DNA of 64,000 bases from an uncultured virus (IMG/VR IMGVR_UViG_3300031087_000497) (taxonomy: Duplodnaviria > Heunggongvirae > Uroviricota > Caudoviricetes). The position numbers and the translations under genes are program-made. The notes below the pieces were generated by a model, which worked only from the letters and a program-made list of their open reading frames with translations, ran no database searches and was not told the DNA's origin. The DNA is taken from IMG/VR virus record IMGVR_UViG_3300031087_000497, one strand, 5' to 3'. Of the stretch, positions 34,860 to 44,967 are shown in pieces. Position 1 is the first letter of the stretch. Every line of letters begins with the position of its first letter.

Positions 34860-37778
34860 ATGGACCAGCTTAAGCATGACCCGGAGTCCGGCTTTCTACG
34901 CGGTGAGAGCATCGCTGATGAGATCGAGCAGCTTGCGCAGGAGCTGAAGCTTTTACGCTCCATCGATGCCAACACCAGCGATATCGCCAAGCGTTTGGGC
35001 CAACTGGGTACAGCAAACGCGCCTATCTTGCCTGAGCCCGCTGGCGCGAGCCGTGCGCCAACCATCGTCAACAACACAGTAAATAGCCCCGAGGTGCCGC
35101 GTGCGACGTCGGCGGCCAGGGTTCGGGTACCGGCGCCGACATCGCCGACAGCTCGGGAACAGTCACCCGCCAATCCTGCTGGCGACTGGCGCAAAAATGT
35201 GATCGTTGTGAATGGCCGCGACGCCGTATCTCCGCGTCCGCCAGGTACGCGTGACGAATCGGGCCGCTTCACCACGCGCGGGCAAAACAAGGACGAGGAC
35301 AAAAGCGTAGAGCGCCCAACGTCCGAAAGCTCGGCCAAGTCGATTGGCGGGGCTATTTCCTCTGCGGTGCGCGATGCTTCGCAACGGATGACATCCGACG
35401 TCGACAACGTTGACCCAACGATTCAAGCAGCCAAAGAGGTCAGCGGGATCCTTTCGCCTGTTTCGGCACTGGTTAAGCCGTTCGGCGCCCTGTTTGGGCG
35501 TGGTGATGACGCCAAACAGACCAAGGAGCACCGGGAAAGCATTGGTTGGCTGCGCCGCATCTGGAGAACGCAGGCAGACGGCAACAAGATCAAGGGGCGC
35601 GGCCTGGGCGGAATGCTCGGCATGTTGATTGCGCCGCTCATGGCGCTTCTGTCGGCGTTGATGTTGCCGCTTAAAGCCTTGGGACGCCTGCTTGGTATGG
35701 GTGGCCTGTTAAGAGCTGCCGGAAGCCTGTTGGGAGGGCGCCGTGGTGGGCGTGCCCGTGGCCGTGTGGATGCTAGTGGGCGCCGCACCCGTAGAAGCGG
35801 CGCCGATGCTCGCGACACCCGCAGGCGGTGGCAGGAACGAGCTGCCGCCCGAAACGGCAACGGCGGCCCCTCCAGATCCGGGGGCCCAGCGGCTAACGCC
35901 GGAACACCAGGGCAACCCGGCACTGTAGCCGCAGGCGCTCGTGCGAGAACGCCGGTTCCCGGTGGCGCCCCTCCTGCCGCTGGTGGCCCGCGCCCTGCCG
36001 GGAGGCTTGGCGGTGTCGGAACGCTGACCAGAGGGGCCGGTGCGGGCCTTCTCGGCATGGGCAAAGGCCTATTGAGCAAATTGCCTGTCTTGGGAGCCTT
36101 GTTCGGCGTCGGCATGGTTGCATCCAGCGCGATGGCCAACGATGACCCGGAACTGTCCACTGACGAAAACAAAAAGAACAAGTGGGGGAATGTTGGCGGC
36201 GGTGTCGGCGGGCTGATCGGCGGCGTGGCGGGCCTGGTTGGTGGCCCTGCTGGTGCGATTGCAGGCGGCATGTTGGGTGACGCCATAGGATCAGCGGTTG
36301 GTGAGTGGCTATCGACAGTAGACTTCAGCAAGGCTGTTGAGAGCATTTCCACCGCAGCGGCAGGGTTCGCCGATGTAGCAATTAAGACGGCCAGTGCCGC
36401 GTTCGACTACGTCAAAGAGGGCTGGTTGACGCTGGTCACACTCGGCAGCAACACGTTCAGCAGTATGGCGGACTGGGCGCGCGATACCTGGAAGGGCATC
36501 ACTGACAAGGTTGCCGACTGGAAGGATACCGTTGTCGATAAGGTGAAAAGTGCCTCCGACTATGTAGAAAACAAGGTTGATCGCGCCAAGGACGTGGGCT
36601 CCAACGTCCTCTACAAGGCATCGGGTGGGCGTGTCGGTACCGGTGGATCTGCCGCAGCCAAAGACGAGATGATCAAGGCGATGGACGCGGGGGGCATCAC
36701 CGACCCTAAATCCAAAGCGATGCTGATGGCCAACGTGGACCACGAATCAGGGGGGTTCACGCGTAAAGAAGAAAACCTGAATTATTCGGCCAAGCGATTG
36801 CAGGAAGTCTTTCCCAAATACTACAAAAATGCCGAAGACGCCCGCACGGACGCCGGTAACCCTGAAGCGATCGCCAACAAGGTCTACGGCGGTCGAATGG
36901 GCAATACCGAGCAAGGCGACGGGTTCAAGTACCGTGGGCGGGGGTCCATACAGTTAACCGGCAAAGCCCAGTACGAAGCGATGGGCAAGAAGCTGGGGAT
37001 CGACCTGGTGAACAATCCTGACCTGGCGATAGACCCTAAGTACTCGGCGCAGATAGCTGTAGAGCACTGGAAAAGCTCAGGAGCCGACAGGCTGGCCCAG
37101 GCTGGCGACGTTGTAGGTTCAAGAAGGCGCACCAATGGCGGCCTCAATGGTTTAGCGGACGTAGAAGGCAAGTACGAGGCTTATCTGGCCCAGGCGCAGG
37201 CAGGAGACCTGACGCCGACCCGGCGTGCGGATGAACTGAGGGTCGCGGCACCAGCGGCAGTTGGCACTGCGGTTGCCAGCACTATGGCGACGGTCTCTCG
37301 CAGGGATAAGGGCGCTGCACCGGTAGGTGCGACTCCTGCCAACACAGCGAACCCCATTGGGGTGCTGCCCATGGCGCAGCCTCGTGGAGCGAACATTACC
37401 ACCCTGGCGGGTGCTCAGTCGGTGGCGCCGGTCGCTCCCGCAGCCGTCCCAGTTCAGAACGCCCAGGTGGCAAGGAATGCTCAAGCGGTCACGCCGATCG
37501 GCATCCTGGCAGCATCACAGGCCCGTGCAACAGCTGCGGTGAACACGTCCGCCCCGGCAACAGTGGTTACGCCGAGGATCAGCAGCTACGCACCAGCGGC
37601 AGCAGACTCCAGCCAGATGCGGATCCCTGCCACACCCGAAGTCAAAACGCCCACCGGCAGTGGGCGCAGCAAAGAAGGGGCGCAGTCCATCACCCTGGAG
37701 ATGCCTTTGTCGCAGGACGTCAACGACCGTGGCATCGCACATGCATCCTCGGGCGGCATCGGTATGCGTCCCCTCTGA
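34860..37778 (+). CDS. Tape-measure/injection protein (Sit-like) with GH19 lysozyme domain
   Basis: Gly/Ala-rich hydrophobic segments; HESGGF..EENLNYS..YRGRGSIQLTG..NGGLNG. Confidence 0.8.
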   Translation: MDQLKHDPESGFLRGESIADEIEQLAQELKLLRSIDANTSDIAKRLGQLGTANAPILPEPAGASRAPTIVNNTVNSPEVPRATSAARVRVPAPTSPTAREQSPANPAGDWRKNVIVVNGRDAVSPRPPGTRDESGRFTTRGQNKDEDKSVERPTSESSAKSIGGAISSAVRDASQRMTSDVDNVDPTIQAAKEVSGILSPVSALVKPFGALFGRGDDAKQTKEHRESIGWLRRIWRTQADGNKIKGRGLGGMLGMLIAPLMALLSALMLPLKALGRLLGMGGLLRAAGSLLGGRRGGRARGRVDASGRRTRRSGADARDTRRRWQERAAARNGNGGPSRSGGPAANAGTPGQPGTVAAGARARTPVPGGAPPAAGGPRPAGRLGGVGTLTRGAGAGLLGMGKGLLSKLPVLGALFGVGMVASSAMANDDPELSTDENKKNKWGNVGGGVGGLIGGVAGLVGGPAGAIAGGMLGDAIGSAVGEWLSTVDFSKAVESISTAAAGFADVAIKTASAAFDYVKEGWLTLVTLGSNTFSSMADWARDTWKGITDKVADWKDTVVDKVKSASDYVENKVDRAKDVGSNVLYKASGGRVGTGGSAAAKDEMIKAMDAGGITDPKSKAMLMANVDHESGGFTRKEENLNYSAKRLQEVFPKYYKNAEDARTDAGNPEAIANKVYGGRMGNTEQGDGFKYRGRGSIQLTGKAQYEAMGKKLGIDLVNNPDLAIDPKYSAQIAVEHWKSSGADRLAQAGDVVGSRRRTNGGLNGLADVEGKYEAYLAQAQAGDLTPTRRADELRVAAPAAVGTAVASTMATVSRRDKGAAPVGATPANTANPIGVLPMAQPRGANITTLAGAQSVAPVAPAAVPVQNAQVARNAQAVTPIGILAASQARATAAVNTSAPATVVTPRISSYAPAAADSSQMRIPATPEVKTPTGSGRSKEGAQSITLEMPLSQDVNDRGIAHASSGGIGMRPL

Positions 37779-37781
37779 TGG

Positions 37782-37822
37782 GCAAACCGTCGCCTGAGAG
37801 CGGCGGTTTTCTTTGCCAACAT
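37782..37822 (+). promoter_or_regulatory. Putative late promoter
   Basis: GCAAACC-N28-CAACAT. Confidence 0.65.
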
Positions 37823-37850
37823 GCGCGCAAAGCATTCTGAGTGCGCTCAT

Positions 37851-38168
37851 ATGGCCGAAACGTTAAACACTGACCTGATCTTTCGGATGGTCGCGCATTG
37901 GTGGAGCACCAAGCCCAACACCTACTACGGCAGCACCTACGGCAACCCGGTAGAAGACATGCTGCAAAAGCCGCTGAGTTCCCCGATCGCCGATTGGTTC
38001 CTGGCCAAGATGCTCAAAGACATTCCCGTCTTGGGTGCTCTCCCTGCGGGGACCATCAACCTGTATGCAACGTCTGAGGGCGTTGACATAAAAAACGTCC
38101 ACATCGAAGTGGCTGGGCAGACGTTGTCCCTTTCTGACCTGTCAGAGGTATCTCGTGGCAATTACTAA
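37851..38168 (+). CDS. Baseplate wedge protein (PmgA/gp25-like)
   Basis: HWWSTKPNTYYGSTYG; position. Confidence 0.6.
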   Translation: MAETLNTDLIFRMVAHWWSTKPNTYYGSTYGNPVEDMLQKPLSSPIADWFLAKMLKDIPVLGALPAGTINLYATSEGVDIKNVHIEVAGQTLSLSDLSEVSRGNY

Positions 38169-39540
38169 AGACCAGTTTATTCAGGATGCGGTCAACGAGA
38201 TCGCCAGCTATCCGACTATCGCCAAGCGCTTCCAGATCGGTGACCCGCTGATCACGCAGAACCTGGCGTCCATGGCGGCCATGTTGGCGGACCTCAGCAA
38301 CCAGGTGGAAGTAACAACCGGTGAGGTATACCTGAAGGCCCGTGACGTGACTGTCCTGGCGGACGCGTCCGTGAAGGGCGTGCTGCCATTCGGCTCACCC
38401 TGTATCGCGCTGGTGCAGGTGGAGAACACCGCAACTGCGGTTTTGAGCATTCTCATAGGACGGGTATTACGGGACCAAAATGGGCGTATGTGGCGGGTTT
38501 CAACCGGGGCACAAATCGCACCAGGTGAGACGGGGGTTATAACGGCCCGCCAGGTGGAACTGCGCAGCATCATCCACGCCGTGGCGCAAAACCAGCCGTT
38601 CTACACCATCGAGCTGCCCGGCCCTGACGTCGGCTACATGGCTGAAGTGTCCGTGACCGGGTGGGACTATGCCCCGGAATTCTGCAACGTCGCAGACGGC
38701 GACCTGATGTATCACATCCAGACCGATGAGAATCAAGTGGTCAGTTTGGTGTTTGGCGTGAACGGCCTGGCAGGGTTGCAGCCCGCAACCGGTTCAAACA
38801 TCACCATTTCCATCTACGACACGGAAGGCAACATAAGCCCAAGTGACGGTATGGCGTTTTACTTTGAATACAGTGACGCGACTGAAAAAGCGGTCATGGC
38901 CCTCAAAGACGTGATTCAGGCGGGCGAGGCGCCCATGAACATCACCACCATGCGCGAAGTCTGCTCCTACCCTGGCATCTACAGCGAGAACGCCGTTTAT
39001 CTCTCAAACTTCGACTTTCTGGTACGCAAACGACTGGGCGCCGTTACGTTCCTGAACGTCTGGAACGAACGCAGGGAGGAAGAGGTACGCGGCGCAGACG
39101 TTAAGCACATGAACAGGCTGTTTGTGGCGGCATTGAAGGAGGGCGTCAGCAAGGAGGCACTGGAGAACCAAATCACAACCATTATTCGCACCGCAGACGA
39201 CAGCTACCGGATTGTGTTTGTACCAGTGTTGGAAAAGAGCGTGCCCTTGAAAATCACGCTGTACGTTCCTTCCACCTACGATGCGGCGGCGGTCAGGCAG
39301 GCGGTTCGATCATTGATGCTGGCGAACTACGGGCGGTTGTCGGCCTGGGCGAAGCGTGGTGACGCCAAGATGCTGAAAAAAGACCTGTACGACCTCGTGC
39401 GAGAGAACGTCCCGGCGCTCACCCAGCGTATCGCGGATGTTTCTGTGGACGTGATCGGTGATGACACTGCGGACTTACCTGAGCACTTCAGATACGTTAC
39501 GGAAGCGAGCTTGGTCGTGAATACGGAGACAGCACGCTGA
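38155..39540 (+). CDS. Baseplate protein (BplA/J-like)
   Basis: 461 aa, GTG start, VFG..G.QP, VWNE; position. Confidence 0.7.
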   Translation: MAITKDQFIQDAVNEIASYPTIAKRFQIGDPLITQNLASMAAMLADLSNQVEVTTGEVYLKARDVTVLADASVKGVLPFGSPCIALVQVENTATAVLSILIGRVLRDQNGRMWRVSTGAQIAPGETGVITARQVELRSIIHAVAQNQPFYTIELPGPDVGYMAEVSVTGWDYAPEFCNVADGDLMYHIQTDENQVVSLVFGVNGLAGLQPATGSNITISIYDTEGNISPSDGMAFYFEYSDATEKAVMALKDVIQAGEAPMNITTMREVCSYPGIYSENAVYLSNFDFLVRKRLGAVTFLNVWNERREEEVRGADVKHMNRLFVAALKEGVSKEALENQITTIIRTADDSYRIVFVPVLEKSVPLKITLYVPSTYDAAAVRQAVRSLMLANYGRLSAWAKRGDAKMLKKDLYDLVRENVPALTQRIADVSVDVIGDDTADLPEHFRYVTEASLVVNTETAR

Positions 39541-40253
39541 TGGACCTCAAGCCGTTACAGTTAAGCGCCGAGTACGACAACCTTGAGTCGGAGTTTAAGG
39601 CTCTATTCCTGAGCCTATATCGCAAACGGCTCAATGAGCCCGTAGTCGACGCCAACACCCTGGGTATGCCCCACTTGGGGCCAGACACCTTTATCAGTCG
39701 AGGACTCAATAACGACGGTCTGGCGCTGCTCAATGACACGACCAGCGAAAAGACGCGCATGTTGTTCAAGGCCTGGCGCTACCTGAATCCACAGCGCGGC
39801 ACCAAATTTTTGGAGTTCTACCTGCGGGCCTTGTTCGGAGACGTCTACACAATCGACCAGCTCTGGTGCAAGAAGGCTGGCCAATATCCCGTGGACGTGA
39901 TGAGCGAGTCGGAAATGCTCGCAGCGGGCGAAAATGAGGCTGATTGGTTCCTGACAAGCCGCCTACGCGTGGACATTGAAACGGAAATCGTCCCTGAACG
40001 CATTTTGCGTGCGGCCAGGACCGCGATCGCGGCTAGGTTTGTCCTGGAGCTGCGTGCTGCACGCCGCACCAAGCTGACGTTCCCGCTCGGAATGATTGCC
40101 TATAGCGTCAATGTCGTTCGCTCCAGTGGCACGGCTCTTTATCAGCAACCTGCTATCGAAAGCAGGGCCACCGTCGGCACTGGTACGAAAGGCAGCGGGG
40201 CCAACTTTACCTACAGCTCGATAGACCGTTTAGACATGCAAACCTTCACCTAG
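39540..40253 (+). CDS. Baseplate protein (P1 gp16-like)
   Basis: RGTKFLEFYL, FLTSRLRV; position. Confidence 0.6.
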   Translation: MDLKPLQLSAEYDNLESEFKALFLSLYRKRLNEPVVDANTLGMPHLGPDTFISRGLNNDGLALLNDTTSEKTRMLFKAWRYLNPQRGTKFLEFYLRALFGDVYTIDQLWCKKAGQYPVDVMSESEMLAAGENEADWFLTSRLRVDIETEIVPERILRAARTAIAARFVLELRAARRTKLTFPLGMIAYSVNVVRSSGTALYQQPAIESRATVGTGTKGSGANFTYSSIDRLDMQTFT

Positions 40254-40278
40254 TAGGGCCACACGCCGACGGTACCCT
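40238..40278 (+). promoter_or_regulatory. Putative late promoter
   Basis: GCAAACC-N28-TACCCT. Confidence 0.65.
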
Positions 40279-40305
40279 TTGCCACAAATAACCCTCGGGG
40301 GCTTT

Positions 40306-42780
40306 ATGGCAAATCCTGTAATCATCAACCCCACGCTAACGTTGGCGGGCCAAAGGGCCGCATTCAACGCCGCCAATACGGGGATTGAGCTGCAATTAGA
40401 CGCGGTATCTTTCGGGCGTGATCACTATGACCCGACCGGCGAAGAGCTGGCGCTCAAGAGTCCCGTAGGCAAAAAAGTTCCCCTGGCTGGGGCGAGCCGT
40501 CCGACTCCTTATCAAATCCGCATGGTCAGTACCTGGCGGGAAGATGTGGGCGAAGTGCCTATTGGAGAAATCGGCTTTTGGTCCGGCGACGTGCTTGTTT
40601 TTGTCTGGTCAAAGGCTGACGGCTCGATCGCGTCCTACAAGACCGACGGCGTGTCCTATGTGCTGTTCAATGACCTGGCATTCGCACAGGTACCAGCCGA
40701 CAGCATCAGTTTCACAGTAGATCCAAACGAAAGCGTGGCACTGGCCGCGCTGCTGGCGCATGAGGGCGCTGCGAACGCGCACCCACAGTATCTGCTGCGC
40801 GCTGACGTTGCGAAGGACAGCGGGCCTCTGGCGTGGCTTGGGCTGGCGGCTGGTACCGCCAATGCCCTGGACCTTTCTTTGGTCGCCAAGGAGGCAAAGC
40901 TACCTGACTACGCTCCTGGCCAACGCTTCCAATTCCGCGCCAAGACAACCAATACCGGGGCGGTGACCGCCAAAATCGCGGGACTGGGCGTGAAGTCGGT
41001 TAAAAAGGCTGGTGACGCGGGCTTGATCGACGTGGAGGCGGGTGACATCAAGGCCGATGCGCTCTATGACCTCAACTACGATGGCACCTCTTTCCAGTTA
41101 GGCGGTGGCGTAGGCTCGGGCAAGGCGTTTGTGCGGTACTCGTTTACCGCTTCCGTGGCACAGACCATCTTCCCTGCTGACCACACTATCGGCGCTACCG
41201 TCGTCCTGCGCGATGGCCGAGAGGTCACTGACTTCCTTTCGGATGGCGCCAAGATAACCATGCGTACCCCCTGCGACTTGGGGACCAGTGTAGAAATTCT
41301 GGCGTTCAAATCCTTCAAGGTTGCCGACACCTATACAAAGGCCGAGCTGCAAGCACTGCTCGCCACCGCGTCGGGGGTTCCCGTGGGGGCGATGTTGCCA
41401 TTCCCGCGTGGGGTGCTGCCACCTGGCTTCCTGGAAGTAGACGGCTCCCAATTTGACCCGCTGATGTTCCCGGATCTAGCAGCCTTCCTGGGTGGCTCCA
41501 AGTTGCCTGAGTCGCGCGGTGAATTTCTGAGAGGCTGGGATCATGGCCGAGGTGTAGACCCCAACCGGGAAATTGGCAGCTTACAAGGGGATGACATCAA
41601 AGCTCACACCCATAAGGACATTGGTTTTGTCGATAGCGTGGGGGCGGGGGCGGGGGCATCTGGAATCACCGGAGCACAACCCACAGTCGGTTCGATTTTC
41701 GGGAAAGTTTATGGTCTCGGTGGTGCGAACTCGGCAAAAGGATATCAAGAAACCTCGCCTGGCTCGATGACTGGCGGCATTGGCGGGCTGGTATCTGGCA
41801 GTACAGGAGGAAGTGAATCGCGCCCACGAAACCTGGCGGTTATGTGGTGCATAAAGGCTTGGAACGCTCCAATCAATCAGGGAACGATTGACATCGCTGT
41901 GCTGGTGAGCACCGTCCAGGGCTTCATGCGCGACGAGGCCACCGTCGCAGAAATGACAACCGCACCCGACGCCGCCAGTAAACATTGGGTTTCTGTACGC
42001 CGTTTTCTGGCGGCAGTAGCCCTAAAGGCCGATATCGACAGCCCAACGTTCACCGGTAACCCTAAGGGCCCTACTCCTGCGGCATGGGATAAAAGTAAAG
42101 CTCTCGCTAATACCGAGTTCGTTAATGCTTCACAGGGTAGTTTCTCGATGCATGGCCCTATTTCTGCAAACAGAAGTTTGAATATTAAAGAAATAGGTGG
42201 CCTTTTATGGTTCAGCGGAAACTACAGCTTGGCGTTGCCTAAACCGTCGTCGCTTAGCTTACCTATGGGCGCAGCGGTAAATGTATTTACAACTTCGGTT
42301 GGTGGCAGCATTGTCTCTCAACCTGGGGTAGTTATTCAGGACCAGTCGGGTGCCCCCCAAACCACATTCAAAATGAGCCCCGGCCAATCTCTATGTCTAG
42401 TAGCAGTGTCGGATATCCAATGGTTAGTTACAGACTCTACCGCTGGCTTGGAAAACAACTCTGACTTTCGCCAATCTAAAGCTGTTAACGGGTTCCGGTA
42501 TTTGCCAGGAGGAATGCTTGAGTGCTGGGGGTTGTCAGCGCCTAGCACCGACAAAGTGAATATCACGTTCCCTGAACAGTTCTCTCAAATACCGTTCATT
42601 GTTCCCTATGACAGCTCTGCCCAAGGCGCAACTGTAATGACTCTCTGGCAAAACACTGCCGTAACAACGACCGGCTTTATTGCTCAGAATATGTGTTCAT
42701 TGATTCGTGGAAGTACCGCTGTGAATGGGGTTACAAACTCTCAATGTAACTGGCGCGCCTGGGGCTGGGTTAATAAATAA
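40306..42780 (+). CDS. Main tail fibre protein
   Basis: HPQYL, collar domain PVGAMLPF..RGEFLRGWDHGRGVD..RPRNLA, SPTFTGNP, C-terminal NGFRYLPGG..WG. Confidence 0.9.
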   Translation: MANPVIINPTLTLAGQRAAFNAANTGIELQLDAVSFGRDHYDPTGEELALKSPVGKKVPLAGASRPTPYQIRMVSTWREDVGEVPIGEIGFWSGDVLVFVWSKADGSIASYKTDGVSYVLFNDLAFAQVPADSISFTVDPNESVALAALLAHEGAANAHPQYLLRADVAKDSGPLAWLGLAAGTANALDLSLVAKEAKLPDYAPGQRFQFRAKTTNTGAVTAKIAGLGVKSVKKAGDAGLIDVEAGDIKADALYDLNYDGTSFQLGGGVGSGKAFVRYSFTASVAQTIFPADHTIGATVVLRDGREVTDFLSDGAKITMRTPCDLGTSVEILAFKSFKVADTYTKAELQALLATASGVPVGAMLPFPRGVLPPGFLEVDGSQFDPLMFPDLAAFLGGSKLPESRGEFLRGWDHGRGVDPNREIGSLQGDDIKAHTHKDIGFVDSVGAGAGASGITGAQPTVGSIFGKVYGLGGANSAKGYQETSPGSMTGGIGGLVSGSTGGSESRPRNLAVMWCIKAWNAPINQGTIDIAVLVSTVQGFMRDEATVAEMTTAPDAASKHWVSVRRFLAAVALKADIDSPTFTGNPKGPTPAAWDKSKALANTEFVNASQGSFSMHGPISANRSLNIKEIGGLLWFSGNYSLALPKPSSLSLPMGAAVNVFTTSVGGSIVSQPGVVIQDQSGAPQTTFKMSPGQSLCLVAVSDIQWLVTDSTAGLENNSDFRQSKAVNGFRYLPGGMLECWGLSAPSTDKVNITFPEQFSQIPFIVPYDSSAQGATVMTLWQNTAVTTTGFIAQNMCSLIRGSTAVNGVTNSQCNWRAWGWVNK

Positions 42781-42793
42781 GTAGGGTTATAAT

Positions 42794-43210
42794 ATGTACG
42801 CGAAGTGGATTGAAGAAGACGGGCGGTTTGGTTTTTCCTCCGTATATAACGGAGGCGTCAATATCACCGATAAAGAGCACCAGCGCCTGATCAATGGCGA
42901 ATCTGAGGGTAAGCGCATACAGCCTGACAGCCAAGGCTACCCGGTGCTGGTCGATATGCCGCCGCCCACGCTTGAACTGATCGCTGCTCAAGCCCGCCAG
43001 TGGCGAGACGCTGAGATTGAAAGCCTGCAATGGTTGCGAAATCGCCACCGTGACGAAATCGACTCACTGCGCCCCACAACTATGAATACAGATCAGTCGG
43101 GCGAGCTTCTAGACTACGTGCAGGCGCTGCGCGACTGGCCAAACGCTGCGGGCTTCCCAACCGATGATCGACCTTTGAGGCCGAGTTGGATTGCACTTCA
43201 AAGCGCGTAA
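42794..43210 (+). CDS. Tail fibre assembly chaperone 1
   Basis: WRDAEI..WLRNRHRDE..YVQALRDWP. Confidence 0.85.
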   Translation: MYAKWIEEDGRFGFSSVYNGGVNITDKEHQRLINGESEGKRIQPDSQGYPVLVDMPPPTLELIAAQARQWRDAEIESLQWLRNRHRDEIDSLRPTTMNTDQSGELLDYVQALRDWPNAAGFPTDDRPLRPSWIALQSA

Positions 43211-43247
43211 ACCGCCTGGCCAGTAAGCGCTGGTCATGGCTCAAGAT
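43207..43247 (+). promoter_or_regulatory. Putative late promoter
   Basis: GTAAACC-N28-CAAGAT. Confidence 0.65.
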
Positions 43248-43287
43248 GCTTACCAAGCATCATCAGAATTAATTTACGGAGACTGCC

Positions 43288-44502
43288 ATGAGTCGCGCTG
43301 ACACATTGGCTTCAAACGATCAGAAAGTTCAGGATCATGTTTTACAAGGTGAAGCCTCGGAAGCGGAAATTACAGCTGGTGACACGGAAAGTAAGCACTG
43401 GATCTCGGTTCGCAGGTTTGTGAAGGCGCTTAAGTCGATGGCAACCGCCAGCGTCGATGATCGCAGCAAAAGCGGCGCCAACACAGAGTTCGTTCGAAAC
43501 CAGATCGAGAGTCCAAACCAGTCATTCCCGACTCAAGTTTTTCGCAAAAACCGCTTGATCAACGGCAACTTCGATATCTGGCAACGTGGTGCGACCGGCA
43601 CCGCTGGCAATGCTGTTGGGCCAGCGCAGTCCGTATATGGTCCAGACCGGTGGATTATTTATATGCCTGCTAACGCAAACGCTACTTGGGAACGGCTAGT
43701 TTTCGCACCAGGTACAGGCGTAAACGAAAGCCGCTATGCGTTGCGAGTTACCCGTTCAGGTACGGGCGATGGCGTGAATATCAGCCAGCGTATCGAAGGC
43801 GCCGAGTGCTTTGCGGGGAAAAAGGTGACGCTTTCTTTTTATGCGCGAGCGTCTATTAACCATGTTTGCGCTGTGATTTGCAGGCAGAACCTAGGGGCTG
43901 GTGGTTCTGACGCTGGTCCTGGCGTGGGTGCCGAAATTTCTTTAACCACAGATTACAAAAAATACACCGTTACATTAGATGTTCCTTCTATTGCGGGAAA
44001 AACGCGTGGATCAAGCGGGGACTATTTGGAAGTTGTATTCGGCAGTGCGGGTAAGGGAGGGTACACTTTCGATATCGCATCCGTTCAAGCCGAACAGGGT
44101 GCTGTAGCGACAGAATATGAGATTAGGCCCGTCGCTCATGAACTGATGCTATGCCAGCGTTACTTTGAAAAGACATTTCCCCAAGACGTGGCACCTTCAA
44201 TCGACTCAGGATTATCAGGTACGCTGGTCGGCCTTGTTTATCAGAACCAGGCTGGCTCAGCGAGTCAGCCTGTGGCTCATTGGCAGTTCAAGGTAGAAAA
44301 AAGAGCAACACCGAGTATTCGCTTGTACCGACATGGCGGCAATGCAGGTGCTAATCAGTGGACAAATTCAAGCGGGGAATCAAGTACGGTAAATGCTAGT
44401 GCTTCCGGTGTTTGTTCAAGGTCTGCAACTATTGGCAATAGTGATATCGGTGTCCCTGCGACTACGTATTACATCCATGCATCGGCAGATGCCGAACTTT
44501 GA
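43288..44502 (+). CDS. Second (short) tail fibre/receptor-binding protein
   Basis: KNRLINGNFDIWQRG..DRW..ELMLCQRYFEK..ADAEL. Confidence 0.85.
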   Translation: MSRADTLASNDQKVQDHVLQGEASEAEITAGDTESKHWISVRRFVKALKSMATASVDDRSKSGANTEFVRNQIESPNQSFPTQVFRKNRLINGNFDIWQRGATGTAGNAVGPAQSVYGPDRWIIYMPANANATWERLVFAPGTGVNESRYALRVTRSGTGDGVNISQRIEGAECFAGKKVTLSFYARASINHVCAVICRQNLGAGGSDAGPGVGAEISLTTDYKKYTVTLDVPSIAGKTRGSSGDYLEVVFGSAGKGGYTFDIASVQAEQGAVATEYEIRPVAHELMLCQRYFEKTFPQDVAPSIDSGLSGTLVGLVYQNQAGSASQPVAHWQFKVEKRATPSIRLYRHGGNAGANQWTNSSGESSTVNASASGVCSRSATIGNSDIGVPATTYYIHASADAEL

Positions 44503-44511
44503 GGTGGATTC

Positions 44512-44889
44512 ATGGAATATCAACTTACAGCTAGCCCTGACACGGTTGTTCGGCTGTCGGATGGCGCAACCGTACCGCGCGGACACCGTTTCTGGATTGA
44601 TTACGAAAAGTGGTTGAAGGCAGGGGGTGTGGCAGTACCCGCTTTCACAATCGACCCTGCGGTCAAAGAACGAACCTGGCGCGACGTAGAAATTGAAAGT
44701 GTGAAGTGGTTACGCGATCGGCATCGGGATGAAGTCGATTCAGGCCTCCAGACGACGTTGACGGCCAAGCAATCCGGGGAGCTGATGAATTATGTGCAGG
44801 CGCTACGGGACTGGCCAGCCGCAACCGATTTTCCTTCACCCGATCACCGCCCGGTAAAGCCTGAGTGGATCGCCCTGCAAAGTCGGTAA
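44512..44889 (+). CDS. Tail fibre assembly chaperone 2
   Basis: Paralogue of 42794-43210. Confidence 0.85.
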   Translation: MEYQLTASPDTVVRLSDGATVPRGHRFWIDYEKWLKAGGVAVPAFTIDPAVKERTWRDVEIESVKWLRDRHRDEVDSGLQTTLTAKQSGELMNYVQALRDWPAATDFPSPDHRPVKPEWIALQSR

Positions 44890-44926
44890 ACCACAGGGCC
44901 AGTCGTTGCTGGCCATCCCTCAAAAT
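44886..44926 (+). promoter_or_regulatory. Putative late promoter
   Basis: GTAAACC-N28-CAAAAT. Confidence 0.65.
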
Positions 44927-44967
44927 AACGAGATAGCGCGCGGGTATAGAGCCCTCGCCGTTGAGGT

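Noticed and set aside
35423..36352. 309-aa Pro-rich minus-strand ORF and other antisense ORFs
   Set aside because: Shadow frames of GC-rich plus-strand genes
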